The notes below the pieces were generated by a model, which did no database searches, was not told the origin of the DNA, and saw only the letters and a list, made by a program, of their open reading frames with translations. The translations under genes were made by a program, and so were the position numbers. DNA of 50,778 bases from Microbotryum violaceum. Lineage: Eukaryota. Shown here in pieces: positions 23,488-35,530 of the stretch (its first letter is position 1; every line of letters starts with the position of its first letter). The stretch spans positions 1,055,813-1,106,590 of the forward strand of contig LN717261.1 of the NCBI GenBank assembly GCA_001244265.2. Direction: 5' to 3'.

Positions 23488-26400
23488 ATGTCCGACGACG
23501 CCATGTCCTTAACGCCTGGCATGTCCGACGACGCCAAGTCCTTAACGCCTGGCATGTCCGACGACGCCAAGTCCTTAACGCTCGCGGTCCCCCACCGCGC
23601 CCTCCCACACAGGTCGCAGCCTTCGCTGTTTCCGACCTTCTGCGCGACACCAACGGCTATCAAGACTGGGTCCTGACGCTATGCTCCCGTCTGCCCTCCG
23701 ACGTTATCGACTACCTTCAGTCTGGCGTCCCTTCGTCGTCCTGGCCGCCATCTTACGTTTCATTATGGATCACTACGCCCGCGCCTCGATCTGCGCCGCC
23801 GTCGACCCTCGGATGGTTCTTCCCGGCCTCTCGCAATACTTCGGCGACCCTCGCAGCGGTCACAAGATTTGGGTAGCTCTGCGCATGCGATATGGCGCTG
23901 TTTCGGCGGTCGATCTTCTCCCTGTCATCTCTCGACTCTTCAGTCCCGACCCTATGCCCGACACCGTCGACGAGTTCCTTCAGTTTCGCGACCGATTCGA
24001 GAACGACTCCCGCCTCCTCGACGACTCAAAGGTGACGACGGATTCCCTACTAGCGTCACACTTGCTCGCCCGGATGCCCTCCTCCCTCTCCGCCTGGCGC
24101 ACTACGTTTGTCAATTCTCAGGGCACATCCCGTACACTGCCCCTGCCGCCGAGATCCTCGACCGTATCTACCGCGAGATCAAGGCTCGTCCGGTCGACTC
24201 CCCCGTTGCCGCCACTACCACCTCTCAGCAACGCGTTCCCCATAGCCCTTGCCCCAACCCCCTTGCCGAAAGATGCACTGGCTTCGGGACTGTCCCGACA
24301 CCGCCTGGGCCGCCGCCTTCCGCGCCCGCAAGGCTGCCGCCGGAGCGACTTCGCGAAATCACAAGAAGGGTTCCCGCGCCGTCGCCTCTCCTGCCGTCAC
24401 CTCCCCTGCCGTCGACGAGAAGTCAGAACCCGCCACCTTCACAGCGTGCCTCCTCGCCACTCCGTCTTCCTTTCCTAAGTCGGCTTGGCTCCTCGACTCC
24501 GGCGCTAATCGCCACATGGCCAACGACAGCCAACTCTTCTCCACCCTCCGGCCGTTCGCTGGCCCGCACGTTGCTGGAGTTGCCGGTTCTCTTCCGTCCA
24601 CCGGTTGTGGCTCCGTCTGCCTCTCGACGTCAGCTGGCCCCGTTGTAGCGACCGACGTCCTCTTGGTACCTTCGCTCCCGTGCAACTTATTATCGGTCCG
24701 CCGCCTGGATCGACTCGGTTTCACCACCTCCTTCGGTTCCGGCCGCGCCACGATCCGCAACTCCTCAGGCACCGTCGTCGCCACGGCACAAGCAATCGCA
24801 AATGACCTATACGCGTTAACCGTCGCACCCTCACCCTGTATGCCCAATGCCCTCCTAGCCACCCCCCACAGAGTTTCCTTACTGACTATGCACCGTCGCT
24901 TCGCGCATTTACCCGTCGCGCAACTCAAGAGCGTCGTGCAGAAAGGTTTGGTCACTGGGGTGGATTGGGTATATTCAGAGGAAGAGGTTAGGTCTTTCAA
25001 TTGCAATGCTTGTCTCGCTTCCAAAGCGCATGCCCTCCCTTTTGCTCGTTCCAAGTCCATCGCGTCCGGTCGCCTGGACCTCGTCCACGTCGACGTCGCC
25101 CAAATGCCTCGGGCCAGCTTCGGCGGTCATCGCTGCATGCTTGTGATTGTCGACGACTACACCCGCAAACATTGGTGCATCCTCCTCACTCACAAAAGTG
25201 ACGTCTTTCACCGTCTCCGCGCCTGGATTCTTGAGGTAGAGAACGTCACGGGTGACCGGGTAAAGACTATTCGCTCCGACAATGGTGGCGAGTTCACTCT
25301 TCGGAACTTTGTCGATTTCTGTGTGGCCAAGGGTATACGTCGCGAGCTCACTATTCCGTACACCCCTCAACAAAACGGACGTGTTGAACGCACCAACCGC
25401 ACCATCAAAGAGGGTATCCTTGCTTTACTCTACTCGGCAGGTGCTGACACGCGCCTCTGGGCTGAGGCCGCCACGTACTTTGTACACTGCAAGAACTTGA
25501 TGCCGCACGCAGGCATTCGCGGTGATATCCCTGACACTTGTTGGTATGGCATTGCACCGGATGTATCCTCATTACGTGCCTTCGGTTGTCGTGCGTGGCA
25601 CTACCTTCCCTCGGTTAAGCGCACCGCCCTCGATCCCAAGGCTGTGCCGCTCATGTTCGTAGGGCTCGACGACCACGCGAAGGCGTATCGCCTATTTGAC
25701 CCGGCTACACGCAAAATCCTCCTCAGTCGCAACGTCGTCTTTCGTGAATCCGAGTTCCCTGCCTTGCAGAGCGTGGTCGACACCCACACTGGCACCACTC
25801 CACTTCCTGTGGCCGCCGACATTCACCCCGACCAGGTAGACCACTCTGAGCCGTCGCTCGTTGCTTCCCCTCACTCTCTGGCGCCTCGTGCCGAGCCCCC
25901 AGGACCCGCGCCCGCTGCCTTTGACCAAGGCCCGCGCCGTCCACTCCCCGCCCGCGTCCTCCCTGACCAGGATTCACGCGCGCGCCCTGCCTCTGACCAA
26001 GGCTCTCCTGCCTCCGACCAAGGCTCTCTTCCTGCCTCTGACCAAGGCTCTCTTCCTGCCTCTGACCAAGGCTCCCTCATCAACCGTACGGGTGGCCTCC
26101 CTGACCAGGACTCCCCGACACCCACGCCTCTGACCAGGGCAGCTCCGACTCGGCAATCTCCACGCCTTGTCCATCCCCTCGACCGGTGGTGCCACGTCCG
26201 TTGCCCGCGCCGTCCTCGCCCGCTCGATCCGAGTCCCCCGACCCTATCGACCTCTTGCCACGCTCGGGTGATATCGCTTCCGTCTGTCTCGCACCTGAAT
26301 TCCCCGACGACCTGGACGACGCCCTCCACTCGCCTCCACCTGTCGCCCACCTTGCCTCCGGTGTCGTCGCCTTGCTCAACACCGCGCCTACGGACTCGAC

Positions 26401-27969
26401 GGAACTGATCGCGCCCGCCCGGGATCCCCCTCACTGGCGTGCTGCCATGGCAACCCCTCAAGCTGACGAGTGGCGTCTCGCTGCCCAGGCCGAATTCGAC
26501 TCACTTTCTCGCGATTTCTCCGCTTTCACACCAATTGATGAGTCCCTCGTGCCTGCAGATGCTAGGATCCTCGGCTCTCGATTCGTCTTCCGTACGAAAC
26601 GCAACCAGCACGGTCAGGTCAAGTCTTACAAAGGTCGACTTGTTGCCCGTGGCGACTCTCAGCGCTCGGGCATCGATTTTGACGAGACCTTCGCACCCGT
26701 CGCTAAGTTCACATCCATTCGCGCACTCCTCGCCCTCACAGCCGTCCATGGTTACCACATTCATCAGGCCGACATTGACAAGGCCTACCTCCACGGTAAA
26801 TTGGACAAGCCACTCTACATTCGCGTACCCGATGGAGTCTACATGCCGGGCAAGGTTCTCCAGCTGCACCGCTCTCTCTACGGCTTGCGCCAGGCTGGAC
26901 GTATTTGGAACGACGAGATCGACTCTGCCTTGTCGGCTCTCGGCTACACCGCCACGGAGTCGGACCACTGCGTTTACGTTTGGGCGGCCGGTGATGAGCG
27001 TCACTATATTGCGCTCTACGTTGACGACTTGCTCATGATCAGCCCTTCTCTCCCAGAGATCGAGCGTACCCTCCATGGTCTCGAGCAGCGTTACGGCGTC
27101 AAACGACTTGGTCAGGCAGAATACATCCTCGGCATCCAAATTCGGCGCTCCAACGACGGCTCCATCACTCTCAGTCAGGAGCAGTACCTCAAGGACGTTC
27201 TTGCTCGCTTCGGTATGTCCGATGCTCACTCTGTCGCCACACCCATGCAGCCCGATCTCCGCCTCGAAGTCGAACTCCAACCCACCCCATTCCCGGATCG
27301 AACTCGGTACCTGCAAGCGATCGGCTCTCTTATGTATGCTTCTACGGTACACGTCCCGACCTCGCCTACACCGTCGGATATCTGGCTCGCTTCTCTCGTT
27401 CACCGTCTGCTGCTGCCTGGGGTGCAATCAAGCACGCCTTCCGCTACGTTGCCGGCACTCTATCTCACGGCTTACGCTACACTCGTGGTGATCCGGCTCC
27501 CTTGGTCGGCTACTCGGACTGCAATTGGGGTGCATGCCTCTTATCCTCCAGATCGACTATGGGTTACAACTTTACCTACGCAGGTGCCGCCGTCTCCTGG
27601 TCCTCCCGTCTACAGTCACGCGTCGCCGACTCCACTTGCGACGCCGAGTACCTCGCTCTGTCCCACGCCGGCAAGGAGGCCATTTTCCTACGTCAACTCT
27701 TTGGTGAGCTTGGTCTCCCTTCTTCACAGCCCGTCCTCATCTACGGCGACAATCAGGGTGCCAATGCTCTCACCAAAAACCCGGTCTTCCATGCTTGCAC
27801 TCGACACATTCGGCTTCGCGAACACTTTGTCCGGGATATGGTCTCCATGGGCGACATCGTCGTCCAATACATTGCCACCAGCGAGATGACGGCGGATATC
27901 TTCACCAAGGCCTTGTCTCGTGATCTCTTTGCTCGGCACCGCGGCCGACTTGGTGTCTGTGCTCCCTGA
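23488..27969 (+). CDS. C1 Gag-Pol polyprotein (apparent frameshifts)
   Basis: ORFs 23413-23676, 23681-24478, 24249-26408, 26186-27889 and 27502-27969 with [22 protein letters not shown] and ADIFTKAL. Confidence 0.9.
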
Positions 27970-27987
27970 TGTTCGAAGTAGGGGGGG

Positions 27988-28404
27988 TGTGAGAGTTACA
28001 ACTCTCTGTACTTCCTTCTCACATCATCTCCCTCTTTCTGTCTTGTCCTCTCTGTGATTTTTGGCCTGTCCTTCACCCTGCTCTATCATCACTGGGCTTG
28101 GTCTGTGCACCTGCATCAAGCGCACGGACCTAGTCACTCTCTGCCTGGCTCCCCTTGCCTCTAGGCTGGGTCTGTGCGCTTGGCACTGGGGCACGGACCT
28201 GGTTGCGCACTTGCCCCAGCCAACTGGTTCCGCGCTTCTCACTCTCCTGCTCAAGCAACTTCATTGGTCTGGTCTCCCTGGTCCGTCGATCAGAGACTCA
28301 CCACCGCTTGAGCAGGTGTGTAATCTCAAGCAACTTCATTGGTCTGGTCTCCCTGGTCCGTCGATCAGAGACTCACCACCGCTTGAGCAGTTGTACGGTT
28401 CATA
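27988..28404 (+). repeat. C1 3' LTR (417 bp, two units)
   Basis: Follows PPT GAAGTAGGGGGGG; ends TTCATA followed by the TSD. Confidence 0.95.
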
Positions 28405-31400
28405 GATACCGAGTCGACCGCGGTGCGAGCAAAGAGGTCGCGTGACAATGCTTTGGTGAAGATGTCCGCTGTCATCTCACCAGTGTTGATGTACTGGACG
28501 ACAATGTCGCCCATGGAAACCATATCCCGGACGAAGTGTTCGCGCAGGCGGATGTGCCGAGTCCGAGCATGAAATACCGGATTCTTGGTGAGAGCATTGG
28601 CGCCTTGGTTGTCGCCGTAGATGAGGACGGGCTTTGAAGACGAAAGGCCAAGCTCACCAAAGAGCTGACGCAGAAAGATTGCCTCCTTACCAGCGTGTGA
28701 CAGTGCGAGGTACTCGGCGTCACAAGTGGAGTCGGCAACGCGCGATTGAAGCCGGGAGGACCATGAGACGGCAGCACCTGCATAGACAAAAGTGTAACCC
28801 ATGGTCGACTTGGAAGAGAGGACGCATGCACCCCAGTTGCAGTCGGAGTAGCCTAAGAGCGGTGCCGGATTCCACGAGCGTAGCGTAAGCCGTGAGAAAG
28901 AGTGCCAGCGAGGTAACGGAAGGCGTGTTTGACAGCTCCCCAAGCAGCAGCGGAAGGCGAGTGAGAGAAGCGAGCCAAGTAACCGACGGTGTAAGCCAGG
29001 TCGGGCCGAGTACCAGTGGACGCGTACATAAGGGAACCAATGGCCTGCAGGTACCGAGTGCGATCCGGGAATGGGGTGGGCTGCAGCTCGACTTCGAGGC
29101 GGAGATCGGGCTGCATGGGCGTGGCGACGGGATGGGCATCAGACATTCCAAATCGGGCAAGGACGTCCTTGAGGTATTGTTCCTGACTCAGAGAGATGGA
29201 ACCGTCTGGAGAGCGCCGGATCTGGATGCCGAGGACATATTCCGCCTCACCGAGCCGTTTGACACCATAGCGCTGCTCAAGACCCTGAAGGGTACGCTCA
29301 ATCTCAGGGAGAGAGGGGCTGATCATGAGCAGGTCGTCGACATAGAGCGCAATGTAGTGGTGCACATCACCCGTTGTCCTGACGTAGACGCAGTGGTCGG
29401 ATTCGGTGGCGACGTAGCCGAGTGCGGACAAGGCAGAGTCAATCTCGTCGTTCCAGATGCGACCGGCCTGGCGCAAACCATAGAGGGACCGATGCAGTTG
29501 GAGGACCTTGCCTGGCATGTAGATGCCATCAGGCACACGAATGTACAGGGGTGCGTCGAGTTTGCCGTGCAGGTAGGCTTTGTCGATGTCGGCCTGGTGG
29601 ACGTGGTACCCATGAGCAGCAGCAAGAGCCAGGAGTGCGCGGATGGAGGTGAATTTGGCCACGGGTGCAAAGGTCTCGTCAAAGTCAATGCCAGAGCGTT
29701 GGGAGTCACCACGAGCAACAAGACGGCCCTTGTAGGACTTGACTTGGCCATGCTGGTCGCGTTTGGTGCGGAAGACAAAGCGGGAGCCCAGGACCTTGGC
29801 GTCTGCTGGGACAAGGGACTCGTCAATCGGTGTGAACGCCGAAAAATCTCGCAAGAGTGAGTCAAACTCGTCGCGGGCCGCAAGACGCCATTCATCCGCT
29901 TGAGGAGTGGCCATGGCCGCTCGCCAGTGAGGTGGGTCGCGAGCGGGGCAATCAGTTCCGCAGGGTCGGCGGGCGAGGTCTCAATGAGGGCGGCAGTGCC
30001 AGAGGCAAGGTAGGCCACGGCAGAGGGTGAGTGGAGTGCGTCATCCACGTCGTCGGGAAACTCCTGCGCCTGGCATAGCGAAGCAACATCGCGTGGGCGT
30101 GGCAGGAGATCGATCGGGTCCGGGGAGTCGGACCGAGCGGGTGAGGGTGGCGCTGGCAACGCACGGGAGGCCACGGGGCGCGGGGAAGGACAAGGCGTGG
30201 AGATGGCCGAGTCAGAGCTACCTTGGTCAGAGGCGCTTGATGCAGGTGATTCCGGGTCAGGGAGCTCACGAGCAGGGGAGCCTTGGTCAGGGGCAGGGGT
30301 GCGAGCGAGTCCTGGTCAGGGACCTCGCAGGCAGGGGCGGGACGGTGCGGGCCCTGGTCAGGGGCTGCCGGCACGGGTCGAGGTGGCTCAGCGCGAGGCG
30401 CGAGTGAGTGAGGGGAAGCAACGAGCGAAGGCTCAAGGGGGTCTACCTGGTCAGGGTATGCGTCAACAGTGACGGGGAGTGGGATTGGTTCAGCGCGAAC
30501 GTCGGTGGCTGGCCGGAGTGCAGGGAACTCGGATTCACGGAAGACAACATTGCGGCTGAGTTGTATCCTGCGCGTGGACGGCTCGAAGAGTCGGAAAGCC
30601 TTGGCATGGTGGTCAAAACCAACGAACAGGAGGGGTACAGCCTTGGGGTCAAGGTCCGTGCGCTTGGCCGAGGGAAGGTGGTGCAAGCGCGGCAGCCAAA
30701 TGCGCAAAGAGTGGAGATATCAGGCGCAAAGCCGTGCCAACGGGTGTCGGGGATCTCACCACCAATGCCGGCGTGAGGCATCAGGTTTTTGCAGTGCACG
30801 TAGTACAAGGCAGCCTCACCCCAGAGGCGCGAATCAGCGCCAGAGGAGTAGAGCAGAGCAAGGATACCCTCCTTGATGGTGCGATTGCTGCGCTCGACAC
30901 GCCCATTTTGTTGGGGTGTGTAAGGGATAGTGAGTTCCCGACGAATGCCTTTGCTTGTACAGAAGTCGACAAAGTTGCGCAGAGTGAACTCGCCTCCATT
31001 GTCAGAGCGGATGGTCTTCACCTTGTTGCCGGTGGCATTCTCGACTTCAAGGATCCAGTCGCGAAGGCGAGGGAAGACGTCACTTTTGAGTGCCAGGAGG
31101 ATACACCAGTGCTTGCGAGAGAAGTCATCAATGATGACCAGCATGTACCGATGTCCACCAAATGTAGGGCGAGGCATTTGCGCTACATCGACATGGAGGA
31201 GATCCAGGCGGCCAGAGGCAATGGACTTGGACCGGGCAAAGGGGAGGGCATGCGCTTTGGAAGCGAGACAAGCATTGCAGTAAAAATCCCGGAGCTCCTG
31301 ATCCTTATACACCCAATCCACCCCAGTAACCAAGCCTTTCTGCACAATGGTTTTGATTTGCGCAACGGGCAAGTGCGCGAGGCGACGGTGCAGAGTCAGC

Positions 31401-32721
31401 AAGGACACTTTGGTAGGGATGGCGAGGAGGGCTTTGGGCGTACAGGGTGTAGGTCCAAGTGCCAAGGCGTACAGGTTGTTCCCGATGGCTTGAGCGGTAG
31501 CGACGACGGCACCCGAGGGACGGGCGATGCTTGCACAACGAGATGCGAAGGAGACGCGGTAGCCAAGTTGATCCAACTGGAAGACGGACAGCAGGTTGCA
31601 CGGGAGATCCGGTACGAGGAGGACATTGGACACGGTGATCGGACCCGTTGAAGTCTGGATGCAAATGGAGCCGCAACCGGTGGAAGGGAGGGAGCCGGCG
31701 ACACCTCCAACTCGTGGGCCTGCGACCGTGCGAAGCTCGGAAAAAAGGCCCCTGTCGTTCGTCATATGGCGATTAGCGCCCGAGTCAAGGAGCCAAGCCG
31801 ATTTGCGAAATGGCGAAGGTGTTGCGAGGAGACAGGCCGTGAACGACACAGAGTTGGGTGTGTCCACTGCGGCTGGTGACGCGACTGGCTGGGAGGCCTT
31901 CTTCTCGGCGGTGCGACGAGCTCGGTAGGCGGCGGCCCAGGCGGTGTCGGGGCATTCCCGGAGCCAGTGCAACTTGCGACAAGACGGATTTGGGCACGGC
32001 CTTGAACAGCCGTGGCGGGCCTGCGGGGTGGCGACGGCGGCAACAGGAGTATCGACGGGGCGGGCTTTGACATCGCGGTAAAGGCGCGTGAAGATCTCGG
32101 TGGCGGAGGGCATCGCAGTGGAATCGCCCTGGTCAGCAACGAAGGTGGTGCGCCAGGCGTCGAAGGACGAAGGAAGGCGAGCAAGCAAGTGCGAGGCGAG
32201 AAGGGCGTTCACGGTGACCTGCGAGTCCTGCAGCAGCCGGGCGTCGTTTTCGAAACTGTCGCGGAATTGCAGGAACAGGTCGGGAGTGACGGGCACAGGG
32301 TCGGAGCTGAAGAGGCGTTGGATGACCGGTAGCAGATCGACAGCAGAGACGGTGCCGTAGCGTTCGCGAAGTGCCTGCCAGACCTTGGGTGCTGCGAGCG
32401 GTTCGTCGAGGTAAGGTGACAGGCCCGGGAGGACAGTTTGCGAATCGACGGAGGCGCAAATGGAGGAGCAGGCGTAGTGGTCCAGAGAGGGACATACGAA
32501 GCAGGCCAAGACTCGAGTGGTACGCCCGTGTTGAGGTAACGGACGACGCCGGAGGGCAGGCGCGAACGGATGGCGAGGACCCAGTCTCGGTAGCCGGACG
32601 AGTTGCGAAGCAGCTCGGTCGTTGCGAAGGCCGCAGAGTGGGTGGGCGGGCGCAAGGGCGGCGCATCGGGCGTGGGCTCGCGGAGCTTGGCTTCAGGCGC
32701 GGAGGCGCCGGCGTCGGACAT
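28405..32721 (-). pseudogene. B3 Gag-Pol; last codons (23015-23031) separated by C1
   Basis: ORFs 32209-32721, 30443-32509, 29952-30707, 28853-29914 and 28365-28943. Confidence 0.9.
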
Positions 32722-32798
32722 GTTGCGAAGGGTGAAAAAGTAGAGCGAAGGGCGGGCACGGAGGTGGCCGCACTGGTAGCTCGGTTGGGCTAATAACC

Positions 32799-33093
32799 TG
32801 TGATGTTGTCACGCCTGCTCAAGCGGTGGTAAGTCTCTGATCGAAGGACCAAGGGAGACCAGACCAAGAAGTTGCTTGAGCAGGAGAGAAACCAGAGTGG
32901 GGCCATTTGGCTGGGCCCAAGTCAGCCCAGCCAAAGTCAGGCGCACGGACCTGGCCCAGGTGCAGAGACCAGGCCCAGAGTGGGAGAGCTAAGGTGGTGA
33001 AAAGTAGGCCAAAAGTGATCAAAACGAAGAGAGGAGGATGTTGAGGTAGGTACAAGATACAAGAAGGACATGAAGGAGATATTTGATCTCACA
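32799..33093 (-). repeat. B3 5' LTR (295 bp, single unit, intron-less form)
   Basis: Reads ...CTTGAGCAG|GCGTGACAACATCACA, followed by a single PBS at 32773-32798. Confidence 0.95.
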
Positions 33094-33455
33094 AGACGCG
33101 CGCGACTGACTCAGCGCGCCAGCGCCGGGTGGATCCGTGCGCGTGCCCACTAGGCCGCCCCCTTGCGGTGGGGACTTAGGCGCGCGCGACTGCCTTAGCG
33201 CGCTAGCAACTTCACCCGCGACTGGGCCTATCCCAGCGCGGGTCCCCTTTCTATTTCTTAGCTTCCCTCTCACCACTTCTGTTCAACAATCGACCTCTCC
33301 TGACAGTAGTGGTGATTGTCTCATAGGTATGCTGAAATAGACCACTTCTGTTCAACAATCGACCTCTCCTGACAGTAGTGGTGATTGTCTCATAGAAATA
33401 GACCACTTCTGTTCAACAATCGACCTCTCCTGACAGTAGTGGTGATCGTCTCATA
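33094..33455 (+). repeat. Second part of the family A LTR shared by A3 (as 3' LTR) and A4 (as 5' LTR); three U5 units
   Basis: Continues 22403-22490 after the TSD; the LTR is preceded by a PPT and followed by a PBS and gag. Confidence 0.92.
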
Positions 33456-34181
33456 GGTTATTTGCCCATCAACCTACCGCTGGCATGGACACGTCGTCGC
33501 CCCTAAAGACGGGTGCCCACCCAACAATCCCCGCCGAACAGCTTGCCGCACTTACGTCGCTGCTGTCGGGTCTCACCACTGCCACATCCGCCACGTCGTC
33601 CGGCACCTCTTGCCCGCCTTTCCCAAGCACGCACACTTGGATGGGCCCAAGACGTTTGCGAGCTGGACACGCCAGCTTCGCCTCTGCCTCGCGGACGACA
33701 TCCGCTCATACGTCCTCGACGGGATCGTGCCCGCCGACTGGACACCTTTGCACCGCTCTGCCCGCGATGTCGTGGCACGTGAGCTCCTAGCGAACTCGAT
33801 CGACTCAGCCGACATCTCGGCAGTCCTCGACCAAATCCCTACCGCCGACCTCACAGCGCCCAAAATCTATTCGACGCTGAAATCGCGGTATGCTCCGGAT
33901 GACGCCACTCGCACGCTCGAGCTCTTCTCACGACTATGGAGTTTCCGGCCCATGCCCGGCACCGTTGGCGAATTCGACGGCTGGATCATGGAGTTCAAAG
34001 CCATTGCGCAAGAAATCATTGATACGAAGACGACTATCAATGATGTTCCTGCCACACTCCTTCTCGCCATTGCACACCCGTCCCTCGAGAGCTTCAAGGC
34101 ATTGTTCACCGATGAACAGCGCACCCAAAGATCTCTCCCTGCCATTGATTCGCTTGCCGATCGCATGCGTGTCCAACTTCG

Positions 34182-34276
34182 TATTAGGAGCAATATACCA
34201 CTGCACCAAAAGGAGAGGCACCTCTGCTTCAGGGAGCGCATATTGTCCTAGAAGTGAGATGGAGGGAGGTTCAACA
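34182..34276 (-). mobile_element. Solo 95-bp LTR of a TRIM-like mini element
   Basis: TSD CTTCG at 34177-34181 and 34277-34281; near-identical reverse complement of 44554-44648; TG...TA ends. Confidence 0.88.
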
Positions 34277-34281
34277 CTTCG

Positions 34282-35530
34282 TACACCATCCGTCGCATCC
34301 GCGGGTCCTGAACGCGAAGGCCTTTACCAACACGCTCGGGCTCAAGGGACCACCGCAGCCGGACGACCTCAGGAGCTTTTGGAAGGCGGTCAACTCGAAG
34401 GCACTGACGGCGAGGGAGAGGGAAGTTTGGTTCAAGCTGATTCTCCGCTTCACCCCGACGCGCAAGCTGCAACACCAACAGAATCACGACACCTCTCCCG
34501 CGTGCCTCGTCTGCGAGGCGCGGTGGACGACACCGACCACTACTTTTTCGACTGCGTTGACTCTGGGAACGTTTGGATCGCGGCAAGGAGCGTGCTCTGC
34601 GACGCACTGGAGCTCGACACGATCGACAACACGCATTACACGGCTGTTCAACGCATGTTCGGACTTCCGAAGCTCAAGGCCAGTCTACGCGATCAAGAAG
34701 GAGCGGGAGGACGATCGAAATATTCACCGGGCTGGTCTTGGAGATGATCAGCAGCGGGAGGTGGGGGATGCAGAAGTGGGGACGAAGATGGAGGGTGTTG
34801 TGAGGAGGAGGATCATCTTGGAGGAGAGGTTGAAGCTGAGGGCGGGAGGAGCTTGGGGGAGGAGAGGGCAGTAGAGGCTGGGTTCGACTTTCCCCCCACC
34901 ACCACCACACACACACACCAAATTCTCGTGACATCATTTTCTCCTACTGTACACTAAATAGATCGCTTTCATCTTTCATTTGTTACAGGTTCACCGTTGC
35001 GGATCATGGACCATCTCGCGATTTGGCGTCGACTCGGTGTGGCTCGCGCTCTTCGGCTTCGGGGTTCTGAGTCAAGGGAGGGATCAGCGGACACAGGCAG
35101 AAAGTCGGCTTTGAGGGGCCAGGGACTGCCGATGGGGAGGTTTTGAGGGACCTTCACCGCGTCTTGTTGTGACTGAGCAGAGACTTGGAGCGTCGAGGGT
35201 CGTGGTGGTTGCGCAGTCGTGCTCTTGTCTTCGTCTCGACCGAGTGGGAAGTGGCTGTGGGGTGGGCCTTCTGTCGTTAGTACATTTCTTTTCTTTCTTT
35301 TTTCTCTTCATCTCTCTTTCTCTCTCTCATTAGTCTCCTGGGGGGAGCAACCGCTTGGCTAGGGCATTTGAATCCGAATCTCGGATTGGTGGACTTGGCT
35401 CGTTTCTCGCACTTTTGCGGGCGGTTTGTGTTATCATCGTAGTCTTCCATCTAGTTTTTCCGTAGGCCAAAACAGGGGGAACAGGAACTGGGGGCAATAT
35501 GATGAACGTTTTCTACAAAAAAAAAAAAAA
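34282..35530 (+). mobile_element. 5'-truncated non-LTR retrotransposon (L1/Tx1-like LINE) with poly(A) tail
   Basis: C-terminal zf-RVT-like motif FWKAVN...VWFKL...CLVC...DHYFFDC across ORFs 34254-34874 and 33890-34747; 3' UTR; A14 at 35517-35530; A4 gag resumes at 35531. Confidence 0.85.

Larger units (their letters stand above)
23032..28404 (+). mobile_element. Full-length Ty1/copia family C element, copy C1
   Basis: TSD GATAC at 23027-23031 and 28405-28409; LTRs 23032-23373 and 27988-28404; PBS GGTTATAAGCC at 23374. Confidence 0.97.
22491..33093 (-). mobile_element. Full-length family B element, copy B3 (contains C1)
   Basis: TSD AGACG at 22486-22490 and 33094-33098; LTRs 22491-22997 and 32799-33093. 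Confidence 0.96.
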
